The position numbers and the translations under genes were made by a program. Positions 10,082 to 18,473 of a DNA stretch of 64,000 nucleotides are shown here, piece after piece; the stretch's first letter is position 1; each line of letters opens with the position of its first letter. The stretch lies in contig JACPLD010000001.1 in NCBI GenBank assembly GCA_016186765.1, forward strand, positions 42,560 to 106,559, in the 5' to 3' direction. A model generated the notes under the pieces. The model worked only from the letters and a program-made list of their open reading frames with translations, was not told where the DNA came from and made no database searches. This DNA comes from Candidatus Kaiserbacteria bacterium (lineage in GTDB: Bacteria > Patescibacteriota > Minisyncoccia > Phycocordibacterales > UBA2100).

Positions 10082-11053
10082 ATGGCGCGCACGATCGTCG
10101 GTGTGCTGCGGGGAGGCACGTCGAGCGAGTACCCACTTTCTCTGAAGACGGGAGCTGCGATCGTGGCTGCTCTCCCGCAAGAGCGGTATGAGACGCGCGA
10201 CATACTCATCGACAAGCGCGGAGTGTGGCACCTGCGTGGCATGCCGTCGACTCCCGCTCACGCGCTCAGGCAGGTGGACGTTGTACTGAACGCGCTTCAC
10301 GGTGGCATAGGCGAGGACGGCACTGTGCAGCGGATATTGGAGCGCGCGGGTGTTGCGTATGCCGGTTCGCGCGCTCTTCCTGCAGCCCTATCGCTCAATA
10401 AGATCCGTGCACGCGAAGTCTTTACGGCGGCATCGATCCCGATGCCCCGCGCTGTCGCCTTTAGCTTGCACAATCAGATGGACACGCGCGAGATGGCGGA
10501 TGCCGTTTTCTCTCTCTTTGGCCCGCCATACATCGTGAAGCCGCCCTCTGAGGGTTCGTCGCACGGCATACGGTACGTAGCAACAATAGGAGCTTTGCCT
10601 GATGTGGTGGGAGACGTGCTCGACGAGTACGGTTCCGCGCTCGTTGAGGAGTACGTGCTCGGCGAGCATGCAACTATCGGGCTTATCGAAAATTTTCGTA
10701 ACGAGCAGCTCTACGCTCTGCCGGGAGCGCACATCGATCTTTCGGAAGGAATGCGCTACTTCGATCCAAACCAGGGGGACGAACGAGCACAACATCGTGT
10801 CCCGAGCACCTTTGCGCATGAGGTGAAGCAACGAATTGCAGATGTCGCAAGAAAGGCTCACCAAGCGCTGTCCCTCGCACATTTTTCGGACGCAGACCTC
10901 GTCGTCACCCGCCATGGTGTTTACTTGCTCGAGGTTAATGCTTCTCCGACGCTCCACGAAGACGCTGTCTTCCCGAAAATGCTCGAAGCCGTGGGCTCGT
11001 CGCTTACTGAATTTCTAGAGCATGCAATAGTGCTCGCGCGGAGAGGAATTTAA
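10082..11053 (+). CDS. ddl: D-alanine--D-alanine ligase
   Basis: GGTSSEYPLSLKTG, ALHGGIGEDG, VKPPSEGSS, LLEVNASP. Confidence 0.92.
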   Translation: MARTIVGVLRGGTSSEYPLSLKTGAAIVAALPQERYETRDILIDKRGVWHLRGMPSTPAHALRQVDVVLNALHGGIGEDGTVQRILERAGVAYAGSRALPAALSLNKIRAREVFTAASIPMPRAVAFSLHNQMDTREMADAVFSLFGPPYIVKPPSEGSSHGIRYVATIGALPDVVGDVLDEYGSALVEEYVLGEHATIGLIENFRNEQLYALPGAHIDLSEGMRYFDPNQGDERAQHRVPSTFAHEVKQRIADVARKAHQALSLAHFSDADLVVTRHGVYLLEVNASPTLHEDAVFPKMLEAVGSSLTEFLEHAIVLARRGI

Positions 11054-11116
11054 GTTGTCGCAGCGGGAATGGTTTTGCTGCTTTTGTCTTTCGCTGCTAC
11101 ATTGCTGTCGTGAGGG

Positions 11117-11188
11117 GGGCCGGTAGTTCAGTGGTAGAATGCCTCATTTGCAATGAGGATGTCGCGGGTCCGATTCCCGCCCGGTCCA
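11117..11188 (+). tRNA. tRNA-Ala(TGC)
   Basis: Acceptor stem GGGCCGG/CCGGTCC with G3:U70, anticodon arm CCTCA-TTTGCAA-TGAGG, T arm GCGGG-TCCGATT-CCCGC, discriminator A; CCA not fully encoded. Confidence 0.95.
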
Positions 11189-12694
11189 CCCGATTTGATT
11201 TGACGAAGAATGCAACCCGCGCGCGGCGGAGCCGCGCGCATGGAGTGGCATTTCCGCAAGGAAATGCCACGGCTTTCCGAATTCCCCCGCCAGAATTCCC
11301 GCCGCTATGCGGCGGTTCGAGCCTATGTCCATCAGAAAATCTTTCATCCCCGAAAGATTTTCTGCCTTAATGAGATTTTCGGCTTGGTTGGCCTCTAAAA
11401 TCCAATTACGCATGAGTTCGAGCCAATGATTGCCTTTGCGTTCAAAATCAGTCAATTTTTCCTCCAGAGTCTTCTTTTCCGACATCAGCGCGTTCTTGCG
11501 CTCCAAGTACTCGCCAAGTTCCAACGCCTCTGCGAGATACGCATCTGTGAGCCGCTCCAAACGCGCTGCAATGGCGGAAATATCATTTTTGAGATTTTGA
11601 ACGAAAAGCCCGGACGATTGGCGGGATTCCGTTTGCTCGCTTTCGAGGCGAGCAATATATTTGTCCCGCCATTCGTCAGGCAAAGAAACTTTTTGACACA
11701 TGGTTTGCACTTGTTTCGCCAATTCTTCTTCCCGCAAAAAGCGAGTTTGGGAACATTTTTGAGTGCGGCTCTTGAAGGTACAGTGGTAGTAGTGATACAC
11801 ACGACCACTCCGTTTAATCTTCCTTTCCGCCGTAATCGCATAGCCGCACTCACCGCACGTTGCAAAACCGAGAAATTGGAAGTTTTTTGGTCCTCGCTTT
11901 TTGCGGGGCTTTCCATTGGCGACAAGTGCTTCCTGTATCTTGTCAAAAAGTTTCTTTGTAATCATTGGCTTGTGCGATCCGGCATGCACCTCGCCCCGAT
12001 AGCGGAAATGGCCGTAGTAAAACGGATTGTCGAGTATGTGAGAAATCGAAGCGAGGGCGAGGGGCTTGCCGGTCTTGCCAACCAAACCGACAAAAAACAT
12101 TTTGCGCTGAATCCCAGTGAGCGTGAACTGCCCCGTAGCAAAAGCCCCTAAACACTCCTTTACTTTGCCAAAGGTTTTTCTATCAGGTTCAATCGTCCGA
12201 AGTCGCGGCTCGTTGAAATATCCGAGAGGGGCTTTTGCCGATAACTCACCACGGCGTATCTTTTGGCGAATACCGCGCAAAATGTTTTCTCGCAAATTGT
12301 CGGTGTAATATTTTGCTTGACCGAACGCCACAGACAACATGAATTTACCCTGTGGCGTCGGCTCAAACCAAAATGTAGGGAATTTTAGCGTGGTAATTTT
12401 GCCAGTGTCCACTAAATAAATCACTCTGCCGCCGTCTACGCTGTTGCGCGCCAATCTATCAGGGTTCCACGCTAAAATTCCCTGTGCGGTGCCTTTTTCA
12501 ATTTCGCCAAGCATTTCGTTAAATACTTCACGACCCGGCTCCTTGGCGGTTTTCGATTCGTAATATTCTTTTACCACGAACAGATTTTGTTGCTTGGCGA
12601 ATTCCCGAAGCTCCGTTAGCTGCGCCTCAATACTCAAAACTTGGCGTTCTTCGTCCTCGCTTGATTTACGGCAATAGATAAAATATTTTGTCAT
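11144..12694 (-). CDS. Large serine recombinase (resolvase + recombinase + zinc ribbon + coiled coil)
   Basis: YFIYCRKSSE catalytic Ser motif, DRLARN, APLGY, CGECG..YYHC..C zinc ribbon; last 14 codons are antisense to tRNA-Ala. Confidence 0.95.
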   Translation of the reverse strand: MTKYFIYCRKSSEDEERQVLSIEAQLTELREFAKQQNLFVVKEYYESKTAKEPGREVFNEMLGEIEKGTAQGILAWNPDRLARNSVDGGRVIYLVDTGKITTLKFPTFWFEPTPQGKFMLSVAFGQAKYYTDNLRENILRGIRQKIRRGELSAKAPLGYFNEPRLRTIEPDRKTFGKVKECLGAFATGQFTLTGIQRKMFFVGLVGKTGKPLALASISHILDNPFYYGHFRYRGEVHAGSHKPMITKKLFDKIQEALVANGKPRKKRGPKNFQFLGFATCGECGYAITAERKIKRSGRVYHYYHCTFKSRTQKCSQTRFLREEELAKQVQTMCQKVSLPDEWRDKYIARLESEQTESRQSSGLFVQNLKNDISAIAARLERLTDAYLAEALELGEYLERKNALMSEKKTLEEKLTDFERKGNHWLELMRNWILEANQAENLIKAENLSGMKDFLMDIGSNRRIAAGILAGEFGKPWHFLAEMPLHARGSAARGLHSSSNQIGWTGRESDPRHPHCK

Positions 12695-12988
12695 AGCTTC
12701 GGGTTGAAAAAGCACCGCACCTTACACCGACAATTTGCAATCTCATTATATATCAAATCTGATTCGCGTTTCGCCTTTTGCTCTTGGCGAAATGCGAAAC
12801 CGAAATGTATTTTGTCATCGGCTCATGCGCGAAGCGCGTCCCATGCTTGCATGGGGAACCGCCGCATAGCGGCGGGAATTCTGGCGGGGGAATTCGGAAA
12901 GCCGTGGCATTTCCTTGCGGAAATGCCACTCCATGCGCGCGGCTCCGCCGCGCGCGGGTTGCATTCTTCGTCAAATCAAATCGGGTGG
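11186..12988. repeat. Perfect 133-bp inverted repeat (11186-11318 / 12856-12988) flanking the recombinase body
   Basis: Base-by-base reverse-complement match; both copies encode NRRIAAG...SSNQIGW. Confidence 0.95.
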
Positions 12989-13229
12989 TCATTGTATCAA
13001 AAAGTCAGAACCCACTTCCAGCAGAACCCCTGATTTCGCACGCTCCGCGTGCGTGGTGGTTTGACCCAAAAAAAGTACGCTCCGATCGCCCAGAACCCCG
13101 CCACGCGCGGAGTACCGCGCGTCCGGCGGCAAAGGCGAGGGGCGGCGTCCACTATTCACACCTGTAAATTGCATGAAGAACGTGGTATTGTATTGGTGTA
13201 TTTATTAAATTGTCCCCACCTTTTTATTT

Positions 13230-14246
13230 ATGCAAAATCAACGAGGATACGTCGGTGTCGGAGTTTTGATAGCGATAATTTTGGGTATTGTTGTCGTCGG
13301 TGGTGGCGCATATTACGTCGTGCAACAACAAGCACCGACGCAAACCGTCTCGGAAAATTTTGATGATGTGCAAACATTGCCGACACAAAATACCGCTTCA
13401 AATAATGTATCGAATCCGCAACCTGTTCCAAAAGAGAATCCTTCCAAATCTCCATCTATCCAAGTAGTAGGAGACCTGTCTTTCTCACCGCCCGCATGGA
13501 ATAAGGACGCACAAGGAGCGTTCGTATCGTCCGATTACAAACAGGCCAGCCCTCCTGCAAAATTCGAACTCGGCATGGATTACAATCCTATTGCTAGAGG
13601 CGCCCAAATTGTCGTCTCACACAATGTTACCGAGGTAGCCAGTAACATCGATACATCCGAAGCATACGCGAACTTTCAATTCGCGCTTCTGCAAGATTGC
13701 AGCAATTGCAGTGGTGCGAAAAAAATGTCTATCGACGGAGTTCCGGCGGTCTTTTCTCATACGTCGTTTCCGGATCATGGAGGGTCAACCAGCATCAGCG
13801 GGAGATTCAATCACAAGAACTTCTATATCGCGGTGGTCTACGCGGGTTCGTATGCGGACGTGCAAGCCACATTCGAGCAACTCGTACAGAGCGTCTCCTT
13901 TCGAGGTCCGCGCGATTCCGTCGCTGCAACCGTAAAGCCGTCTGCAACTATCGATTCTCTCGTAATCACTCCCACAAACCGGACTATAACGGGTACAGCG
14001 ACGGGAGTATCGATTGTAAATGTGGGGCTTTATTATAAGTCGTCAGCATCTCCGCTTGGTTGGAAAATGGTTAGCGCAGAGTATTCAGGGCATTCGGAAC
14101 CAGTCGTGAACGGGCGTTGGCAATTCACCGTCTATGGAAGCGATATGGAATTAGTCAATGGCACGACAATTCGCGTCGGAATTGATGAAGGCAATGGCCA
14201 GTTTACTGAACTTGCGTCAGGAACCGTAATCGCAAAGAGTCAGTAG
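13230..14246 (+). CDS. Membrane-anchored surface protein with prepilin-like N-terminus (element cargo)
   Basis: MQNQRG/YVGVGVLIAIILGIVVVGGGAYY, then a P/T/N/S-rich linker and beta-rich domains. Confidence 0.75.
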   Translation: MQNQRGYVGVGVLIAIILGIVVVGGGAYYVVQQQAPTQTVSENFDDVQTLPTQNTASNNVSNPQPVPKENPSKSPSIQVVGDLSFSPPAWNKDAQGAFVSSDYKQASPPAKFELGMDYNPIARGAQIVVSHNVTEVASNIDTSEAYANFQFALLQDCSNCSGAKKMSIDGVPAVFSHTSFPDHGGSTSISGRFNHKNFYIAVVYAGSYADVQATFEQLVQSVSFRGPRDSVAATVKPSATIDSLVITPTNRTITGTATGVSIVNVGLYYKSSASPLGWKMVSAEYSGHSEPVVNGRWQFTVYGSDMELVNGTTIRVGIDEGNGQFTELASGTVIAKSQ

Positions 14247-14265
14247 GTGAGCTTTAGCGAGGGAG

Positions 14266-14312
14266 CAGCCCTAGCCGTTTTATAATCGTCCTCAAAATGG
14301 CTAGGGCTGTTT
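14266..14312 (+). terminator. Hairpin after the cargo gene
   Basis: CAGCCCTAGCCGTTTT ... AAAATGGCTAGGGCTG then TTT. Confidence 0.6.
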
Positions 14313-14807
14313 GTGTGCGCATTGGGCGGGTGGGGCAAGCACATACAGATTTTGCGCCTCGCCATTCCTCAAAAAAAGAATACATGGCGAGGCTCCACTC
14401 TGTATTCCTGATTCTGTGCAAACGGCTCATTTGGTGTATTTGAGCCGTTTGCTCCTTATTGCATTTGAATCCCGCCCGCTTCCTTTTCTTAAAAAAAGGA
14501 AGCGCCGCCCCCCGCCTTTGCCGCCCATTCCTTTTTTCAAATCCCCCCCGCAAAAAATCAGAATGGAGAGGAGCGGCAAGGCGAGAGGGCGGGACGCGCG
14601 GTACTCCGCGCGTGGCGGGGTTCTGGGCGATCGGAGCGTACTTTTTTTGGGTCTGGGTTCTGACTTTTTGATACAATGACCACCGGAGGAAGCACATTGA
14701 TGTGCTTCCGGCGGGAATCGGACGCCGGAGCGATGTGAGGCCAGTTGGCCGAACAGCGAGGCGGTGCCCAGCCCGAGGCGAGTGGCGACGAGCCGAGAGG
14801 CGAGGGA

Positions 14808-14825
14808 GATTCCCGCCCGGTCCAC
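14808..14825 (+). repeat. 18-bp direct repeat of the tRNA-Ala 3' end
   Basis: GATTCCCGCCCGGTCCAC identical to 11172-11189. Confidence 0.92.
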
Positions 14826-14922
14826 ATTAATGCCTTATAGGGTCTTTGTTGACGGCTTCTTTTGTACGTGTTACAGAGCTTGTAGGGTCTCAGTGGAGAC
14901 CTGTAACGAGAGGAGTTGAGCC

Positions 14923-15321
14923 ATGCTTAGATTCAAAGTGAAGCTGGCATTAGGATTTCTCCTACTCGCCGGCCTTGGAGGGTTTGGCTTGGAGGAGCTG
15001 CTTTTCGGCGGCGGACTGTATTTAGATCCTCAAACGAAAGCCTTGCTGCCCGAGTCGGTCGCTTCCTCGGTCGCATTCCAAGGAAGGCCGGTCGTCATCG
15101 TTCTTGTCAAGGACCTAAAGGGCAGCGACGAGGTGGCCCGAGAAGTCATCAGGGCACAAATTGAAAGCCTCGAATCTGTCGAGCGTGCGATGGCATTCGA
15201 CGACGGTAGGGGCTTCGAGGTTCGCTTTGACCCCACCTTGACGAATTCTAATGACCTCGCAGACGAGATCGACCGGATCGTCGGAAACGCTCGGAAGACC
15301 TATGCCTATGCCAAAAACTGA
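14923..15321 (+). CDS. Hypothetical membrane-anchored protein
   Basis: AGGAG upstream, N-terminal hydrophobic helix, followed by a hairpin. Confidence 0.65.
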   Translation: MLRFKVKLALGFLLLAGLGGFGLEELLFGGGLYLDPQTKALLPESVASSVAFQGRPVVIVLVKDLKGSDEVAREVIRAQIESLESVERAMAFDDGRGFEVRFDPTLTNSNDLADEIDRIVGNARKTYAYAKN

Positions 15322-15344
15322 CACAGATCTCCTGACTTGCCGTG

Positions 15345-15385
15345 ACCGCCCGCTTCCCACGTTAGGGAGTGCGGGCGGTACTTTT
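15345..15385 (+). terminator. Intrinsic terminator
   Basis: ACCGCCCGC...GCGGGCGGT then ACTTTT. Confidence 0.65.
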
Positions 15386-15470
15386 GGTGCTTCGTCCAAC
15401 CTTGAGCATTTTGCGAGATCGTTTTGCAATCTTATCGTAGGTGGCCGTGATGGTATCATGGGGGCGTAAA

Positions 15471-15490
15471 CCTGCCTGCCGGCAGGCAGG
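15471..15490. repeat. Perfect 20-bp palindrome
   Basis: CCTGCCTGCCGGCAGGCAGG; half copy CGGCAGGCAGG near 25795-25805. Confidence 0.8.
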
Positions 15491-15523
15491 GGTCGTTTAT
15501 TAGACCTTTTGAAAACACAAAAT

Positions 15524-15775
15524 ATGGCGGAAAAACAGATTGGAACTGTCACCCATTGGTACGACAAGATCGGTGTTGCGGTCGTCAAGCTCACGGGAAA
15601 GCTCGCAAAAGGGGCAGCGGTCAAGGTGAAGAAAGGCGAAGAGGAATTTGAGGACACGGTCTCCTCACTCCAGATCGATCACAAGGACGTCGCCTCGGCG
15701 AAGAAGGGAGACGATGCGGCCATCAAGCTCTCGCAGAAGGCAAAGGAGGGCGCGGGTGTCTATCTCGTTGAGTAA
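15524..15775 (+). CDS. Small translation-factor-type beta-barrel protein
   Basis: IGTVTHWYDKIGVAVVKL...VSSLQIDHKDVASAKKGDDAAIK resembles EF-Tu domain II / U32 peptidase C-terminal barrel. Confidence 0.75.
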   Translation: MAEKQIGTVTHWYDKIGVAVVKLTGKLAKGAAVKVKKGEEEFEDTVSSLQIDHKDVASAKKGDDAAIKLSQKAKEGAGVYLVE

Positions 15776-15820
15776 GATTTCGAATGCTGCATGAGCCTCC
15801 AGGGAGGCAGAATTTATCAT

Positions 15821-16975
15821 ATGAAATTTTTCGTTCCCGCGATCGTGCTTCTCGTCCTTGTCGCGGGAGTTCTTTTTTTGGGAGTCGGTAATGTAGTATC
15901 GCTCGATCCGTTTCGTGCGATATCTATGCCGCCTGCACCAGAAGCGAGTACGACACCTGAGTTCGTGCCCACTTCGGGAGAAGTGTCGCAACGGGTTGAA
16001 GTTACTTCGGATGATGGGAAGCCTGCAGCGAGCACAGAGATATGCATCCCTGCGGATAGCCAAAATTTCGAATGCTATGAGAAGCACTACATCTTGCTCG
16101 TGAAGGAGAAGGGAATTGCTGCGGCATTCAATGACCTAAAAGCGCGATACCCGAAGAATAGCTACATCGTCGCGCAGTGCCATCCGCTTACGCATGTCAT
16201 AGGCCGCGAATCCGCCCTAAAGTTCGAGAACGTGAGCGATGCCTATGCGGAAGGCGACAGTTTCTGCTGGTCGGGCTACTATCACGGTGTCTTGGAGACA
16301 TTCTTAAGCGAAGTGGGGAGAGAGAACCTTGTCGCAGAGATAAACAACATTTGTGCCGGCATCGAGGGCAAGAAACGATACAGCTTCGACTACTACAACT
16401 GTGTGCATGGGCTCGGGCATGGCCTGATGGCGATCACCGAAACGGAGCTCTTCCAGTCGCTCGACTACTGCGACCTCTTGAGGGGGGATTGGGAGCAAAG
16501 ATCCTGCGCAAGTGGTGTCTTTATGGAGAATGTCATCGTAGACAATCTCAATCACTTCACGAAATATTTGAAGCCTGAAGAGCCGCTCTATCCCTGTACC
16601 GCCTCTCCGGAGAAGCACAAAGAAACTTGCTATCTCATGCAGACCTCCTACATTCTCAAGATGAACAATGGTGATTTTGCGGATACCTTCGCGTGGTGTC
16701 GAAAGGTCGAAGGTGCATATCGCGCGACTTGTTTCCAGAGTTTGGGGCGCGATGCATCTGGCCGTACTTCGAGCGATGTTGCCGCGAGCAAGCGGCTCTG
16801 TCTTCTCGGTGCCGACCACTTCGAGCGCAGCAATTGCGTCGTCGGCGCTGTCAAAGATTTCATCTCGTACTTCCATTCAGACAGAGAAGCCGAACAATTT
16901 TGCGCGGCGCTTGAAGAGCCGGAACTGATAGAGATATGTCGCTCCACCAAAATCTCCTACTACGCGCAGTTCTAA
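15821..16975 (+). CDS. Exported Cys/His-rich repeat protein
   Basis: Signal/anchor helix; CHPLTHVIG, CWSGYYHG, CVHGLGHG, CASGVFME motifs. Confidence 0.8.
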   Translation: MKFFVPAIVLLVLVAGVLFLGVGNVVSLDPFRAISMPPAPEASTTPEFVPTSGEVSQRVEVTSDDGKPAASTEICIPADSQNFECYEKHYILLVKEKGIAAAFNDLKARYPKNSYIVAQCHPLTHVIGRESALKFENVSDAYAEGDSFCWSGYYHGVLETFLSEVGRENLVAEINNICAGIEGKKRYSFDYYNCVHGLGHGLMAITETELFQSLDYCDLLRGDWEQRSCASGVFMENVIVDNLNHFTKYLKPEEPLYPCTASPEKHKETCYLMQTSYILKMNNGDFADTFAWCRKVEGAYRATCFQSLGRDASGRTSSDVAASKRLCLLGADHFERSNCVVGAVKDFISYFHSDREAEQFCAALEEPELIEICRSTKISYYAQF

Positions 16976-17046
16976 GCTCGGCAGGCTAGACGCCTCGTAG
17001 AAACCCCTGTACCATTTATCTGTTGATTACTAAGTAACCATTTTCT

Positions 17047-17568
17047 ATGGAGGAGAACACCTCGGTGCAGGGCGTTTCGCGGGTAAAGAACATTAATCCG
17101 AACTTTGCGGCCATAAAAGTCCTGTTCGCGGACATCGGTGTTTCTACGGCTCTTGGATTTATCGTAGGACTTTTTTTGGGGGCTGCAAAATTTACTGCAG
17201 AGGATGTCGCAAACAATCCGTTCTTGCCGATCATCGGACTGCTCGTCTCCGTGTATCTTGCGTATGTGCTGTATAGAAGGTATTCAACCGAACTATCGGC
17301 TTTAATTACGCTGCTTGTTGCTGCGGCGGTCTGGGTGTTGCTCGGCGTGTACGTTTCGGCAACGAACACTGAAGGCTACAATTTTTTTAAGGAGCTCCTT
17401 TTTGCCGCAGCGCAAATTGTCGCATACGTCGTTGGCTGGTATCTCGCAAAGACCACCAGCATGAGTCTCTATATTCCCAAGGAAGGCTGGATAACTGGAG
17501 GCAGCATTCTTGGCGGCATTGTCGTGCTGCTAAGTCTCCTCGGGATGGTCGCGCTCGTCAGCGCGTAA
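17047..17568 (+). CDS. Hypothetical integral membrane protein
   Basis: About five hydrophobic helices; 10 bp before the S49 peptidase gene. Confidence 0.75.
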   Translation: MEENTSVQGVSRVKNINPNFAAIKVLFADIGVSTALGFIVGLFLGAAKFTAEDVANNPFLPIIGLLVSVYLAYVLYRRYSTELSALITLLVAAAVWVLLGVYVSATNTEGYNFFKELLFAAAQIVAYVVGWYLAKTTSMSLYIPKEGWITGGSILGGIVVLLSLLGMVALVSA

Positions 17569-17578
17569 ATTCACGAGC

Positions 17579-18406
17579 ATGAATTTCTCCAAGCAGCAGG
17601 TTCTTGTTGCAGGATTGATCGTGTTGCTTGGCGCGCTCGTGTATGTTGCTGCCACGCAATTTGAGAGCGAACCGGTTGATTTTATTGCTTCGAGTGGTTC
17701 TCGAGGAAAGTGCAACGTCGGGGTTATATCGATAAATGGTCAGCTGGCCACGTACGACTCTCCCGAATCGATAGACTCGCTCCGCATAGCGCAGTCGGTT
17801 CGTGCGCTCGAGAAAGATGTTGGCAAGAAGGCGGCTGTGCTCCTCATCAACTCGTCTGGTGGCTCCGGTCCGGCCGCAGAAGAGATTGGAGATGCGGTAC
17901 AAGATCTCGGTATGCCGAGTGTCGCCTTTATTCGCGAGTATGCCCTCTCGGGCGGGTATTGGGTTGCTGCCTCGACCGACTATATCGTTGCGCTAACCAC
18001 ATCGCTGGTTGGGAATATCGGCGTCACCGGTTCGTACCTCGAAGAAACCGCGCACAACGAGAAAGAAGGATATGTGTATCGTGAGTTTACGTCGGGCGAA
18101 TATAAAGAGGCCGGAAACGTAAATGCGCGAATAAGTCCAAAACAAAGAGAGTTTTTACAAGGCAACGTCAACGATCTCTTTGCGATTTTTAAGGATGTCG
18201 TAAAAAAGTATCGTGGCATGACCGAGCAACAGATAGAGGATATTTCTGACGGTAAGTACTACGTTGCGGAAAAAGCATTGGCGCTCGGTCTTGTCGACGA
18301 AATAGGAGGAATAGAGGAGGTCAAAGCGTACCTCGCAACACGGCTTTCGGTATCTCCGGAAGACTTGCTTTTCTGTGAACCGGAGGAAATCAGCATTATT
18401 GAATAG
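17579..18406 (+). CDS. sppA: S49 family signal peptide peptidase
   Basis: INSSGG, ALSGGYWVA, GNIGV, SGEYK, ALALGLVDEIG. Confidence 0.9.
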   Translation: MNFSKQQVLVAGLIVLLGALVYVAATQFESEPVDFIASSGSRGKCNVGVISINGQLATYDSPESIDSLRIAQSVRALEKDVGKKAAVLLINSSGGSGPAAEEIGDAVQDLGMPSVAFIREYALSGGYWVAASTDYIVALTTSLVGNIGVTGSYLEETAHNEKEGYVYREFTSGEYKEAGNVNARISPKQREFLQGNVNDLFAIFKDVVKKYRGMTEQQIEDISDGKYYVAEKALALGLVDEIGGIEEVKAYLATRLSVSPEDLLFCEPEEISIIE

Positions 18407-18473
18407 ACTACTTGATGTTCGTTCAGTGCCCGCTTGTCTTGGTGTGTTCGGCGATAAGTGATAAGCTTCGAAA

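Larger units (their letters stand above)
11186..14684. mobile_element. tRNA-Ala-integrated serine-recombinase element
   Basis: CCACC core at 11186-11190 and 14680-14684; the arms inside each core are found joined (inverted) at 12856-13014; contains a recombinase and one cargo gene; visibly more AT-rich coding sequence than the flanks. Confidence 0.85.
12984..14684. repeat. Interrupted inverted repeat flanking the cargo gene
   Basis: 12984-13014/14654-14684 (31 bp), 13063-13124/14592-14653 (62 bp), 13125-13147/14503-14525 (23 bp, 1 mismatch). Confidence 0.92.

Noticed and set aside
11186-12988. Diversity-generating retroelement template/variable repeat pair
   Set aside because: Copies are identical and inverted, with no adenine-specific mismatches and no reverse transcriptase in the window
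12704-13033. 109-aa ORF as an independent gene
   Set aside because: Its second half is the inverted copy of the recombinase 3' end; the first half has a TTG start overlapping the recombinase upstream region
11172-14825. The 18-bp tRNA 3' direct repeat as attL/attR of the recombinase element
   Set aside because: The internal P-core-P' junction places the element's right boundary at CCACC 14680-14684; the 18-bp repeat bounds a separate 140-bp segment
14254-14827. Overlapping ORFs at the element's right end
   Set aside because: GC-rich repeat and hairpin DNA open in several frames; only meaningful as a possible recombinase read-through tail
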